Below are positions 20,948-29,286 of a stretch of 64,000 bases of DNA, one piece after another. Location: assembly GCA_964637185.1 (NCBI GenBank), contig CAZWVB010000002.1:1375-65374 (forward strand), given 5' to 3'. The notes beneath the pieces are model-generated. The model was not told the origin of the DNA. It was given only the letters and a program-made list of their open reading frames with translations, and ran no database searches. The DNA is from an uncultured Candidatus Saccharibacteria bacterium. Lineage in GTDB: Bacteria > Patescibacteriota > Saccharimonadia > CAILAD01 > BJGX01. Numbering within the stretch: the first letter of the stretch is position 1; every line of letters begins with the position of its first letter. A program made the position numbers and the translations under genes.

Positions 20948-22330
20948 TCAAATCTCCGGGTTACTCTTTAGCAAATCTTTGGCTAGTTCGCGATAATCCG
21001 ATTCTTTGGTATCTGGTTTTACCACGTCACCAATTACTGCTTTGAGCCACGATACATTTAGATTATTGGGTTCCTCGCTCAAAAAAATTGTTTCAAGCAT
21101 GACTCTTTGCATAGGCAAGGTATATGTGCCACCAAGGTCTTGTATGAAAAGCTCAAATAGTTTGCGACCTACAGCAAGGTTTTTTTGTGATGCAACTGAA
21201 AGTTTGGTATTAAATCTTGAATATGTCTCCACTTCCGAATATGCTGCGAGTGATTGTAGTATGCGTTCCGACATATTTTGATAGTAGGTGCTCTGCGCAC
21301 GGCCACCAACACGACTCACTGACAAACCTATATTGAGAGCCGGCCTGATACCTTGACGCATGGTCTTAAGGTCAAACACCAATTGACCATCGGCTGTCGA
21401 TATCATGTTGGTTGGGAAATACCCAGTCAAATCATCATTGGGCGTGGTAGCCACTGCAAAGGCAGTCAAACTCTTGCCGGTCTCGGCATTGAGTCCAGCC
21501 CTTTCTAGCAAGCTTGCGTGCACATAGAATAGATCGGCTGGATAACTTTCTCGCCCTGGCTGCATACCAAGTTGTAATGCCATTTCTCGATATACCTTGG
21601 CGTGAGTTGCTAGATCATCATAGACCACCATGACATCATTTTGCTGCCAATAATGTTCAGCCAGTGCACACCCAACAAAAGGCGCTAGGTATTGTAATAC
21701 TATATTGTCTAAGGCGTCGGCCACGACAATAATACTTCGATCCATTACGCCTGCTTGGTACAAACGAAAGGCTAATTTTTCAATATCTTGCTTGCGTTTG
21801 GCAATTTCTACAAATACAGCTATTGAATTGCTATTTTTTAAATGATGTATGGCTGCTTGGCTTAGCATACTTGATTTGCCAGCTTTGGCGTCACCAATCA
21901 CAGCTATCCTCTGGCCTTTGACAACTGGGAAAAGTGAATCGATGATTGTGACACCTGTTTCTAATTGTTGATTGACTAACCCTCGCTTATTGATTGGTAA
22001 CGCCTTGCCAAACACTGATTGCAAGACCAGCTCAGAACCCTTGTCTATTGACTCTTTTTGCAACAGGTCATAAACCTGATGGGTTTTCCCAAGTGTGTCT
22101 TTATTGATCTGCACTTGCAAGCTCCTAAACTGTGGCTTGATATGTTGGCTATCAATTCGTCCATCGGGAGTGAGCGAAAGGGCTTGAACAGTTTGTGCGC
22201 TTGCCTTGTGTACTAGAGCAGCAGCATTATCAGCCTGTATAGTCGCCTGTAAATGTATGCCTTCAATGGGCCCACTGGTCAGTATGTAGTCGTTGCTACT
22301 ATTTACTGATTGCTTTGTGCTCTCCTGCAT
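20948..22330 (-). CDS. atpA: F1 alpha-like subunit (divergent, shortened N-terminus)
   Basis: LETGVTIIDSLFP..KGQR, GDAKAGKS, YDDL..HA..YRE, PGRESYP, LLERA, PTN.IS..DGQ, GLSVSRVG. Confidence 0.92.
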   Translation of the reverse strand: MQESTKQSVNSSNDYILTSGPIEGIHLQATIQADNAAALVHKASAQTVQALSLTPDGRIDSQHIKPQFRSLQVQINKDTLGKTHQVYDLLQKESIDKGSELVLQSVFGKALPINKRGLVNQQLETGVTIIDSLFPVVKGQRIAVIGDAKAGKSSMLSQAAIHHLKNSNSIAVFVEIAKRKQDIEKLAFRLYQAGVMDRSIIVVADALDNIVLQYLAPFVGCALAEHYWQQNDVMVVYDDLATHAKVYREMALQLGMQPGRESYPADLFYVHASLLERAGLNAETGKSLTAFAVATTPNDDLTGYFPTNMISTADGQLVFDLKTMRQGIRPALNIGLSVSRVGGRAQSTYYQNMSERILQSLAAYSEVETYSRFNTKLSVASQKNLAVGRKLFELFIQDLGGTYTLPMQRVMLETIFLSEEPNNLNVSWLKAVIGDVVKPDTKESDYRELAKDLLKSNPEI

Positions 22331-22331
22331 A

Positions 22332-23183
22332 TCAAACTCCTATTATTATGTATACGCCAGCAAAGGCGGCAAAGATTATTATTACTACTGCTAATATCAC
22401 TTGACCTAGACTGCGAAGTACAGCTGGTTTGGCCAGCGGATTGCGGCCTATGGAGCGTATGCTAGAAGTGACGGCCGAAAATAGCACTACCATAGCCGCG
22501 ATTGTCGATATCACTACCACCGCAAACGCCGCAGCGGCACGGATCGGTGTAAGCTTTTTACCAGCCAGGTTTGAACTAAGTGCTTGCAGACCAGTTAGCG
22601 CATTGTTGCCAGATTGGCTACCAGTCGGCTGGTATTGCCCAAGTTGAATATCAGAGTTAATTAGACCAATATCATAGCTGTGATTATCACCTTTGTTATC
22701 TGTTAGCTGACGACTGGTTTTGTTTTCCATATCGCTACTGCTAGACCTAGCAATGCCTACCAAAGTACCACTAGTTGTAGCTTTCATCGCCACCCCATCA
22801 ATAGGTGATAGAGTCAAACTATCACCAGGGCTGATTGGACCATTGATGTTACTTACCAAGATTTTGCTTGGTCCAGAGCTAGTCACCTGTACATTGCTAC
22901 CTGTCGGACTTACTGAGACGACGCCCTGCGTCACAGTACTAGTCACACCTACAATAGGTTGATTATTTTGGAGCGAGGCCGTCTCAACATTGGTCTGGCT
23001 GTTAGTAGCCAAGCTTACAATGGATCCAGCCGATATTGCGACTGAAGATGTATAGCCCTGAGTCACATTAGCAGCTACCGCCGGTACAGCAAAGAACATG
23101 CCTACAGCTACCATGGCACCCAACAACCTTATTCGAAACCAGCAAAACACCTGAGAACATGTGTTCTGCGAAACACTACTCAT
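22332..23183 (-). CDS. Exported beta-rich domain fused to a c-subunit-like two-TM hairpin (SIGRNP loop)
   Basis: Signal peptide (..PAVAA), ~170-aa beta-rich domain, then TM-SIRSIGRNPLAK-TM at the C-terminus. 1-nt gap to atpA. Confidence 0.7.
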   Translation of the reverse strand: MSSVSQNTCSQVFCWFRIRLLGAMVAVGMFFAVPAVAANVTQGYTSSVAISAGSIVSLATNSQTNVETASLQNNQPIVGVTSTVTQGVVSVSPTGSNVQVTSSGPSKILVSNINGPISPGDSLTLSPIDGVAMKATTSGTLVGIARSSSSDMENKTSRQLTDNKGDNHSYDIGLINSDIQLGQYQPTGSQSGNNALTGLQALSSNLAGKKLTPIRAAAAFAVVVISTIAAMVVLFSAVTSSIRSIGRNPLAKPAVLRSLGQVILAVVIIIFAAFAGVYIIIGV

Positions 23184-23232
23184 AGCTCTTATGCTACACT
23201 TTTTGGGCTAACTTTTCCAGTTGGAGTTGGAA

Positions 23233-23853
23233 CTACTTCCTAGTTTTGCCGGCTAGTTTTAGTATCAGCTCAATCAGAACGCCTAGCACACCGCCTAATA
23301 TCAGTAGTACCAATAGTAGCCAGTTCGGTAGCGGGTAACCATAGACTCGTGCTGCAAAATACACTACTAGTCCCATGCCTATGCCAACAACTGCGCCACC
23401 GATCAGTACGGAAGGACGCAGTATTGTTTTTTCGGCAGCATTACTAACTGTTTCTACAACAGGATTGTGAACAACTTTGGAAAAAGCCCTACTGCCAGCT
23501 GGCAACTGTGTTTGTATTTTGCCAAGTTCTTTTTTGTAGACGCGTTTTTGCTCGGCTTTGGTCAAAGGCGTCTTTGGCTTTTTCTCAACTTCCTTAGCTT
23601 TTTCAGACTTCTTTTCTTCGGCTTCTTTGGATTTTTCCTGCTTACGAGCTAGATCAGACTCTTTTTTCTCCAATTCCGCTTTTATCTTGCGTTCAGCAGC
23701 TTCTCCCTTGCGGGCTAGATCAGCTTCGTCACGTTTTTGTTCAGCCTTAGATTTTTCAGCTGATCGATTACGCTCAAGACTTTCGGAGCTACTTTTGGAT
23801 AGCTTAGCCTCAGATTCTTGTCGTTCTACTAATTTCTCTTCATCCGCCGCCAT
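23233..23853 (-). CDS. Hypothetical protein: charged N-terminal coiled coil + two C-terminal TM helices
   Basis: E/K/R-rich helical first half, two hydrophobic segments at the C-terminus. TAATG overlap with the upstream gene. Confidence 0.75.
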   Translation of the reverse strand: MAADEEKLVERQESEAKLSKSSSESLERNRSAEKSKAEQKRDEADLARKGEAAERKIKAELEKKESDLARKQEKSKEAEEKKSEKAKEVEKKPKTPLTKAEQKRVYKKELGKIQTQLPAGSRAFSKVVHNPVVETVSNAAEKTILRPSVLIGGAVVGIGMGLVVYFAARVYGYPLPNWLLLVLLILGGVLGVLIELILKLAGKTRK

Positions 23854-26210
23854 TACTTGCCGCCTCCCTCATTTAGTGTTTCTAGTAAATCTAGCTCACG
23901 CTTCATGAGACGATTCTTAAGCAGTAAGAATATCGACATGGCAGCAAGTAAGCCCATCACTATCAGACTAGCCGCTGCGCCTGTTCGCGGTAATTGAGCA
24001 GCAGTACAGTCAAGCCTCTTGGCTGGGTTCACACTAATCGGAGTCACCACTACATTGCCCTCAAATCGATCTTCCATCTGACAATCGTAGTTCTGATTAT
24101 CGGTTGGCTTTTGTGCAGTTGTTGGGATTGGATCTTTGACTTGTACGGTAAAGCTCTTAGTGATATATGTCGGATCATTTGGGTTGGTACTGACAGGTAT
24201 GTCTACAGCAGGCCAGACCAGTGAAGTTCTTGTAGCTTCTACTTTCAACTCCGCGCCGCCTTTATCTATCACATCGGCATACATGATGATATCTGAGATA
24301 TCGTCTTTGAATATATAGCCTTTGATGGGAGCAGTACCTATATTGGCAAGACCAATAGTATAGGTTAGCTTGTCTCCTGCTCTAGCCGTAGCACCGTTAG
24401 CATCAGTCGGTTTACCATCACTTGTCAATATGGTTAGATTCTTGACAGTCTTGCGGAACACATGCTGCTCAAACTTCAGTGGTAGCGTACAGGTCGGCTT
24501 GCTAGAAGTCACTGACCCATCAGCTCCAACAACTGTTACTTTGGCTGTATAGCTACCTCCATTCTGATAAGTGTGCTTGATATCTTTGATCTCAAGAGCG
24601 CCACTTGTCACTGTTTGCTTGCCACCATCTCCGAAGTCAAACTGGTATTCCTTGATAGTGGTGTTGAGCGCACCTCCTCGAGCTGTGAAATTGACGTCTA
24701 CAGGAACAGTATCACTGGTGGTGGGTGTGCCAGTGAGACTGACACAAGTAATATCTTTCGGCTGAGGTGTGACTACAAAAGGTACTCCACAGCTTGGCCT
24801 GTCTGGTGCAGGATTGCCGTTCACGCTATCATACACTCGTAATAGTATCAGATAACTACCTGGAGCGGTGGTTTCAAACTGAGTCGCACTAAAACCGGCT
24901 GGATTCTGAGAATTTGCTAATGGGTCTACCAGGGTATTTTGGGTTGGGAAGGTGTGGATTATTCTTGATTTTGCTTCTTGATATGTTTTGCCGTTTTGCG
25001 TATACGTCGGCCCTGCTGTGCCTGCGGGCACCTCCTTGAGGTATAAGTATTCAAATTTTCGAGCGAATACATCTGGTCCAATTTGCCCTTCTTGGAGCGC
25101 TGTACCTTTGATAAATGGTGTAAATGGTGCTTGGAACGTAAAGTTGTTGTTCTGATTGGCCATGTCCAGCCCACCACACACTAGGGTCTTAGGAGCCTGC
25201 ACCTGTACATCTCGCGAACATTCTCCTGTACCACTTCCGGAGGCAAAATATTTAACGCCATTTACATCGAAGAACACTACTAATCTGATCTGATAATTAC
25301 CAGGCTGATTGAATTTGAAAACCCTGAGTGTACCGTCTTCAAAAACTCCAGGCGACTTTTGACCAACGCCACTTGCGGATTGAAGTGGTGGGCTCACTTG
25401 GCTATCAGTAACCAGTTGGCCATCCTTGTACACTCCATACGCCATATCAACCAATTCACCTGGATCCACATTCTGACCATTGGCATAACCTCTATAGCCA
25501 ATCTCTGATCCAGCCGCGATAGGCCCAGGCACAGTGTAATTTAATGAGGCACAGCTAATTTCCTTGGGTGGTGGAGGTGGTGGTACTGGCAAAAGAATAA
25601 TATTACCACATTCTAGGATGACTCCCCACTGATACCATCCTTCAGGTATGCCAGGCCCACCATCTGTTACGTGGACAATTTGGCTTGGATCAGTACCACC
25701 CATAAGCGCATTAAAACATATACCGTCATTGGCATTTGGATTACCCCAGCGATGTACCGATGATCCTACCCAAATATTTGGCTGCCATTCTACTGAAGTG
25801 TTGCCACCATCTTGGCTACGACCCATGGAAATCCAGTTGTCACCCTCACGTGCGCCCCCTCCGTTTGGGCCACAAACTGAGACTCCAGCTGCCTGCATCT
25901 TTTCTCGGCTGATACCAAGCCGACCAAAAACTTGATTAATTCCGTCACGATTCTGATCCCAAACCGCCGATATAAGCGAGTCTTTATTGAAAGGGGCACC
26001 TGTTATCAGGTCAAAGGGGCTTGCTGCAAAGCTTGGTTTGGGCGGAGCTAGAAGTGTAAATATTTGGAACAGCAAAAGCCCGATAATAAATATGCTAGCG
26101 ATACGTCTGGTAGCAGTCTCGGCTACTAGACGTTTTATATAGTAACCAATACGATCTGGTGACAGTCGCCCAGCAGACACCGAAGTCACAATATCTTTAA
26201 AGTTTATCAA
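23853..26210 (-). CDS. Surface protein with PKD domain, DUF11/fimbrial-like domain and LPxTG-type anchor
   Basis: YQFDFGDG..HTY..GSYTAKVTV (PKD), ARAGDKLTYTI..N.G, LPRTG + TM + basic tail, several Cys pairs. Confidence 0.8.
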   Translation of the reverse strand: MINFKDIVTSVSAGRLSPDRIGYYIKRLVAETATRRIASIFIIGLLLFQIFTLLAPPKPSFAASPFDLITGAPFNKDSLISAVWDQNRDGINQVFGRLGISREKMQAAGVSVCGPNGGGAREGDNWISMGRSQDGGNTSVEWQPNIWVGSSVHRWGNPNANDGICFNALMGGTDPSQIVHVTDGGPGIPEGWYQWGVILECGNIILLPVPPPPPPKEISCASLNYTVPGPIAAGSEIGYRGYANGQNVDPGELVDMAYGVYKDGQLVTDSQVSPPLQSASGVGQKSPGVFEDGTLRVFKFNQPGNYQIRLVVFFDVNGVKYFASGSGTGECSRDVQVQAPKTLVCGGLDMANQNNNFTFQAPFTPFIKGTALQEGQIGPDVFARKFEYLYLKEVPAGTAGPTYTQNGKTYQEAKSRIIHTFPTQNTLVDPLANSQNPAGFSATQFETTAPGSYLILLRVYDSVNGNPAPDRPSCGVPFVVTPQPKDITCVSLTGTPTTSDTVPVDVNFTARGGALNTTIKEYQFDFGDGGKQTVTSGALEIKDIKHTYQNGGSYTAKVTVVGADGSVTSSKPTCTLPLKFEQHVFRKTVKNLTILTSDGKPTDANGATARAGDKLTYTIGLANIGTAPIKGYIFKDDISDIIMYADVIDKGGAELKVEATRTSLVWPAVDIPVSTNPNDPTYITKSFTVQVKDPIPTTAQKPTDNQNYDCQMEDRFEGNVVVTPISVNPAKRLDCTAAQLPRTGAAASLIVMGLLAAMSIFLLLKNRLMKRELDLLETLNEGGGK

Positions 26211-26279
26211 TGAAGTACCCTCATTAGTATTTGTATTCGATTGTATTACGAATCATAAGCTGGTTGCAAGCCCTGGCGG

Positions 26280-28784
26280 CTAATTATGAGAACTGTCACG
26301 ACCCATACCGCTACTGACAGCCTGACCAACTTGTGGGTCGCCATAGCTCCCACTATCCAGACTATGCATTATCTCGGCTGCTACTTCGCTCTTGGGCCGG
26401 CCGTACTTGCTACGCGACAAATCCTTCATAGCCTGTAGTATCTCAGGGTTGGGAGTGCCGATAGGGGGCTGACAATCGAGTGAAAATGGTGTGGTCGGCA
26501 CACCATTGGCCATGATTTTAGCAACTAGCTTGAAATTGGGTATATTGATCAGATCGTGTTTGTCGAATTGTGGCTGGTACTGCTTCTCCATGTACTCGGC
26601 ATCATCAGTACCAACACGAAAGGACGTCAGTGAACCAACATTGCCAAACACGGCATCGCGGACCTGCTCATCCAACTGGCTAATAAACTGATTGGCAACT
26701 ATCAGGCTCAGGCGGTATTTGCGAGCTTCAGACAAAATGGTGGCAAAACTATCTGTGCTAAAATTCTGGAATTCATCGACATAGACCGAGAAGTCTGGTC
26801 GTTGTTCCTCGGGAGTATCAGCCCTACTCATGGCTGCCATCTGGAATTTGATGACCATAATCATACCCAGCAGCTTGGCGTTGAGATCACCAAGCAGACC
26901 TTTGCTGAGATTTACCAGCAATATTTTGTTGGTGTCCATCACCTCACGGAATTTGAATGCCGAGTGCTTCTGACCAATGATGTTACGCATGATCTCATTG
27001 TTGGCAAACGCACCGAATTTGGATACAAACCAGCCTAGCATCTCAGATTTGCTATGCGCATCAGTCTGAGCCATCTCGCCGGTCCAGAAATCCTGTACTG
27101 TCGGGTCAGTGACATAGCGGAATTTTTTCTTGAGATACTCGTCATCAGTAAACACTTTGGGTATCTCGATAAAAGTGCCGCCTTCTGGATCGGCCATCAC
27201 TGTAAGAGCGGCATTGCGAAACCAGTGTTCGTAGCGAGGCCCGATAATACCTTGATGCTGAGGGTCATACAGTTTGTACAACATTTGGATTGCTTCTTGG
27301 ATCAAGAAGTCCTTTTGCTCTGGCTTGTCTGGATCGTACTCCATCATATTAAATCCGAGCGGTACCTCGGTATCACCGGGGCTAAAGTAGATGACATCCT
27401 CTGCTCGCTCTGGTGGGATCATACCCAACATCTTCTCGGCAGTATCACCGTGAGGGTCGATAAAAGCAAACCCTTTGCCAGCCGCTGCATCTTGCAACAT
27501 CAGATTCTCTAGGAAGGTTGATTTACCAGTACCTGTTTGACCTATGACATACAGATGGCGTCGACGATCATTGTCACTCAGATAGATTGGGGTTTGGGTG
27601 GCACGATAAACATTGGTACCCAATAAGAGACCCGTCGCTGGCATGCCGCTCGGTGCAGCGATCTCCTTGGTGCCGCGTCGCTCTATCGGGGTAGCAAGCT
27701 CGAGCAACTCACTTGGTATATGAAATATAGTTGCGAGCTCGGCGGAGTTGAGAATTAACTGATGGGCAAAAAAAGTTTTCTCACGAAAAAAACGGAAAAT
27801 AAAGTTTGTCGCAAGCTCCTGTGGCGAGTCAGCTTTGACGAACTTAAAACGGTTAGCATCATACTGTGCCAATTGTGCAAAACCAAGTAGCATGTCCTGC
27901 AATATCAGCTTGGCTCGAGCAGGATCGTCTGAGCTAGCTACTAGCCGGATATTACACTCAAATGCCGGTAGACGCACCTTATCCTCCACCAGCTCGCCTC
28001 GTTTTTTGTCTAGCTCATTGGGTTCTTTGCTTTTCTTCTCATCTTCTTTTGTGCCAAGAGGTGATCGTATAACATCACCAGCAAAATCCAAAGCTTGTGG
28101 AGCAAATCCCTGTTTCTTTTTGGTGAAGTAATATTTGGCTCGACGATGTGCTCGTTTGACCCAACGGTAGGGGGCTGGACGTACCAATATTTGTATAGCC
28201 GCAGCATCACCAGCATCTAGATTGGACAAGCCAGCCAGCATGCCGGCGATCGCATCGCGCTCGGCGGTCTTATAAGTGCTGATGGGCAAGATGGCATCCT
28301 TAGCCAATTTGAGCTCACCGCCAGTCACACCGGCGATCTTGCTCACCTGGGAAAATAGATTGATTTCTTCTTTGCGTATCACCTGTACACCAGGGTAGCC
28401 TGCAGCTAAAGCTTTAGATATGGTGGATATCAAACTAGCCGGCACCGAAGTGTAAAAGTAGATCTGCTTGGCTTCTGCTATTATTTCAAATGCTATATGT
28501 CTACGGCCATAAACCTCAGCTTTTTCACTTACAATACCTGAGAGCAAATTGAACATCTGCTCCGCTCGAGACACGCTCTCTTTGATCATCTCACGTTCAT
28601 CACGATTTTGTGCTTCATTGATTTCTTGAGGTGGTAATTTTATCAAGAGTGGTACAAACTTCAACGAGCGCTCGACTTGCTTGCTGTGACGCACGATGCG
28701 ACGGTAGACGAAGAAACCAACAAAAATCAGTACTACCACAAACAGAGCAAACAAAACACTCATGAAGATCACAAATTGGTTCAT
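26280..28784 (-). CDS. VirD4/TraD-like type IV coupling-protein ATPase (membrane anchored)
   Basis: N-terminal TM, DRRRHLYVIGQTGTGKS (Walker A), FIDPHGD, YVDEFQNF (Walker B), LSEARKY, AVFGNVG. Confidence 0.9.
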   Translation of the reverse strand: MNQFVIFMSVLFALFVVVLIFVGFFVYRRIVRHSKQVERSLKFVPLLIKLPPQEINEAQNRDEREMIKESVSRAEQMFNLLSGIVSEKAEVYGRRHIAFEIIAEAKQIYFYTSVPASLISTISKALAAGYPGVQVIRKEEINLFSQVSKIAGVTGGELKLAKDAILPISTYKTAERDAIAGMLAGLSNLDAGDAAAIQILVRPAPYRWVKRAHRRAKYYFTKKKQGFAPQALDFAGDVIRSPLGTKEDEKKSKEPNELDKKRGELVEDKVRLPAFECNIRLVASSDDPARAKLILQDMLLGFAQLAQYDANRFKFVKADSPQELATNFIFRFFREKTFFAHQLILNSAELATIFHIPSELLELATPIERRGTKEIAAPSGMPATGLLLGTNVYRATQTPIYLSDNDRRRHLYVIGQTGTGKSTFLENLMLQDAAAGKGFAFIDPHGDTAEKMLGMIPPERAEDVIYFSPGDTEVPLGFNMMEYDPDKPEQKDFLIQEAIQMLYKLYDPQHQGIIGPRYEHWFRNAALTVMADPEGGTFIEIPKVFTDDEYLKKKFRYVTDPTVQDFWTGEMAQTDAHSKSEMLGWFVSKFGAFANNEIMRNIIGQKHSAFKFREVMDTNKILLVNLSKGLLGDLNAKLLGMIMVIKFQMAAMSRADTPEEQRPDFSVYVDEFQNFSTDSFATILSEARKYRLSLIVANQFISQLDEQVRDAVFGNVGSLTSFRVGTDDAEYMEKQYQPQFDKHDLINIPNFKLVAKIMANGVPTTPFSLDCQPPIGTPNPEILQAMKDLSRSKYGRPKSEVAAEIMHSLDSGSYGDPQVGQAVSSGMGRDSSHN

Positions 28785-29230
28785 GACTTATTCTCGGGTG
28801 ATGTATCAACATCTAAATTAAACCGTTTTTTCAAGTACGCTCTATTGAGCTCTTGTTGTGCACGCTCTTCTACTTCTGGGTCATCTTGGGTTTTGGCAAT
28901 TGTATCATCCACCACATCCACCCACTCTTTTTCGATCATGCCCACATCTTCAGCTGGAAGATTGGCAGTTTTTTGCTGAATTACAGCAGCAACCGGATCG
29001 CGTGATTGTTGATTGGTGACTACTTGAGATGCCGTTGGTTGCAATACCTGCGCTGTTGCAGGCGCTGGAGGAACTGTACTGGGCGCAGGCTGTTCAGCGG
29101 CCACTGGTGCTTGCTCAACACGCGTCGGCAACTGCTCAGAATTTGGAGCTTGCTCAGGCTTGATAGCACTGGGCACTTGCTCAACCGGCAGATTTAATTT
29201 TTTTTCATTGGAGTTGGTTGATGGAGGCAT
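28781..29230 (-). CDS. Hypothetical protein, Pro/Gln-rich N-terminus, helical C-terminus
   Basis: ATG at 29230 chosen to avoid overlap with the upstream gene. PAEDVGMIEKEWVD..TQDDP..YLKKRF. 4-nt overlap with the T4CP gene. Confidence 0.7.
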   Translation of the reverse strand: MPPSTNSNEKKLNLPVEQVPSAIKPEQAPNSEQLPTRVEQAPVAAEQPAPSTVPPAPATAQVLQPTASQVVTNQQSRDPVAAVIQQKTANLPAEDVGMIEKEWVDVVDDTIAKTQDDPEVEERAQQELNRAYLKKRFNLDVDTSPENKS

Positions 29231-29286
29231 AATACAGACAATTTCCCTATGCTGAATTATACCAGTTATGGTTGTAGCTTGTGAAG

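Noticed and set aside
18546-22330. Ordinary ATP synthase operon, N-ATPase, or flagellar/T3SS ATPase
   Set aside because: No a, b, delta or canonical c gene is adjacent. Gene order is not the N-ATPase atpDC..BEFAG. Separate alpha, beta, gamma and epsilon exclude a FliI-type homohexamer. Fo genes elsewhere in the genome cannot be excluded from this window.
26280-28784. Conjugative element or ICE
   Set aside because: No relaxase, VirB4, integrase or att repeats seen, and composition matches the surrounding DNA.
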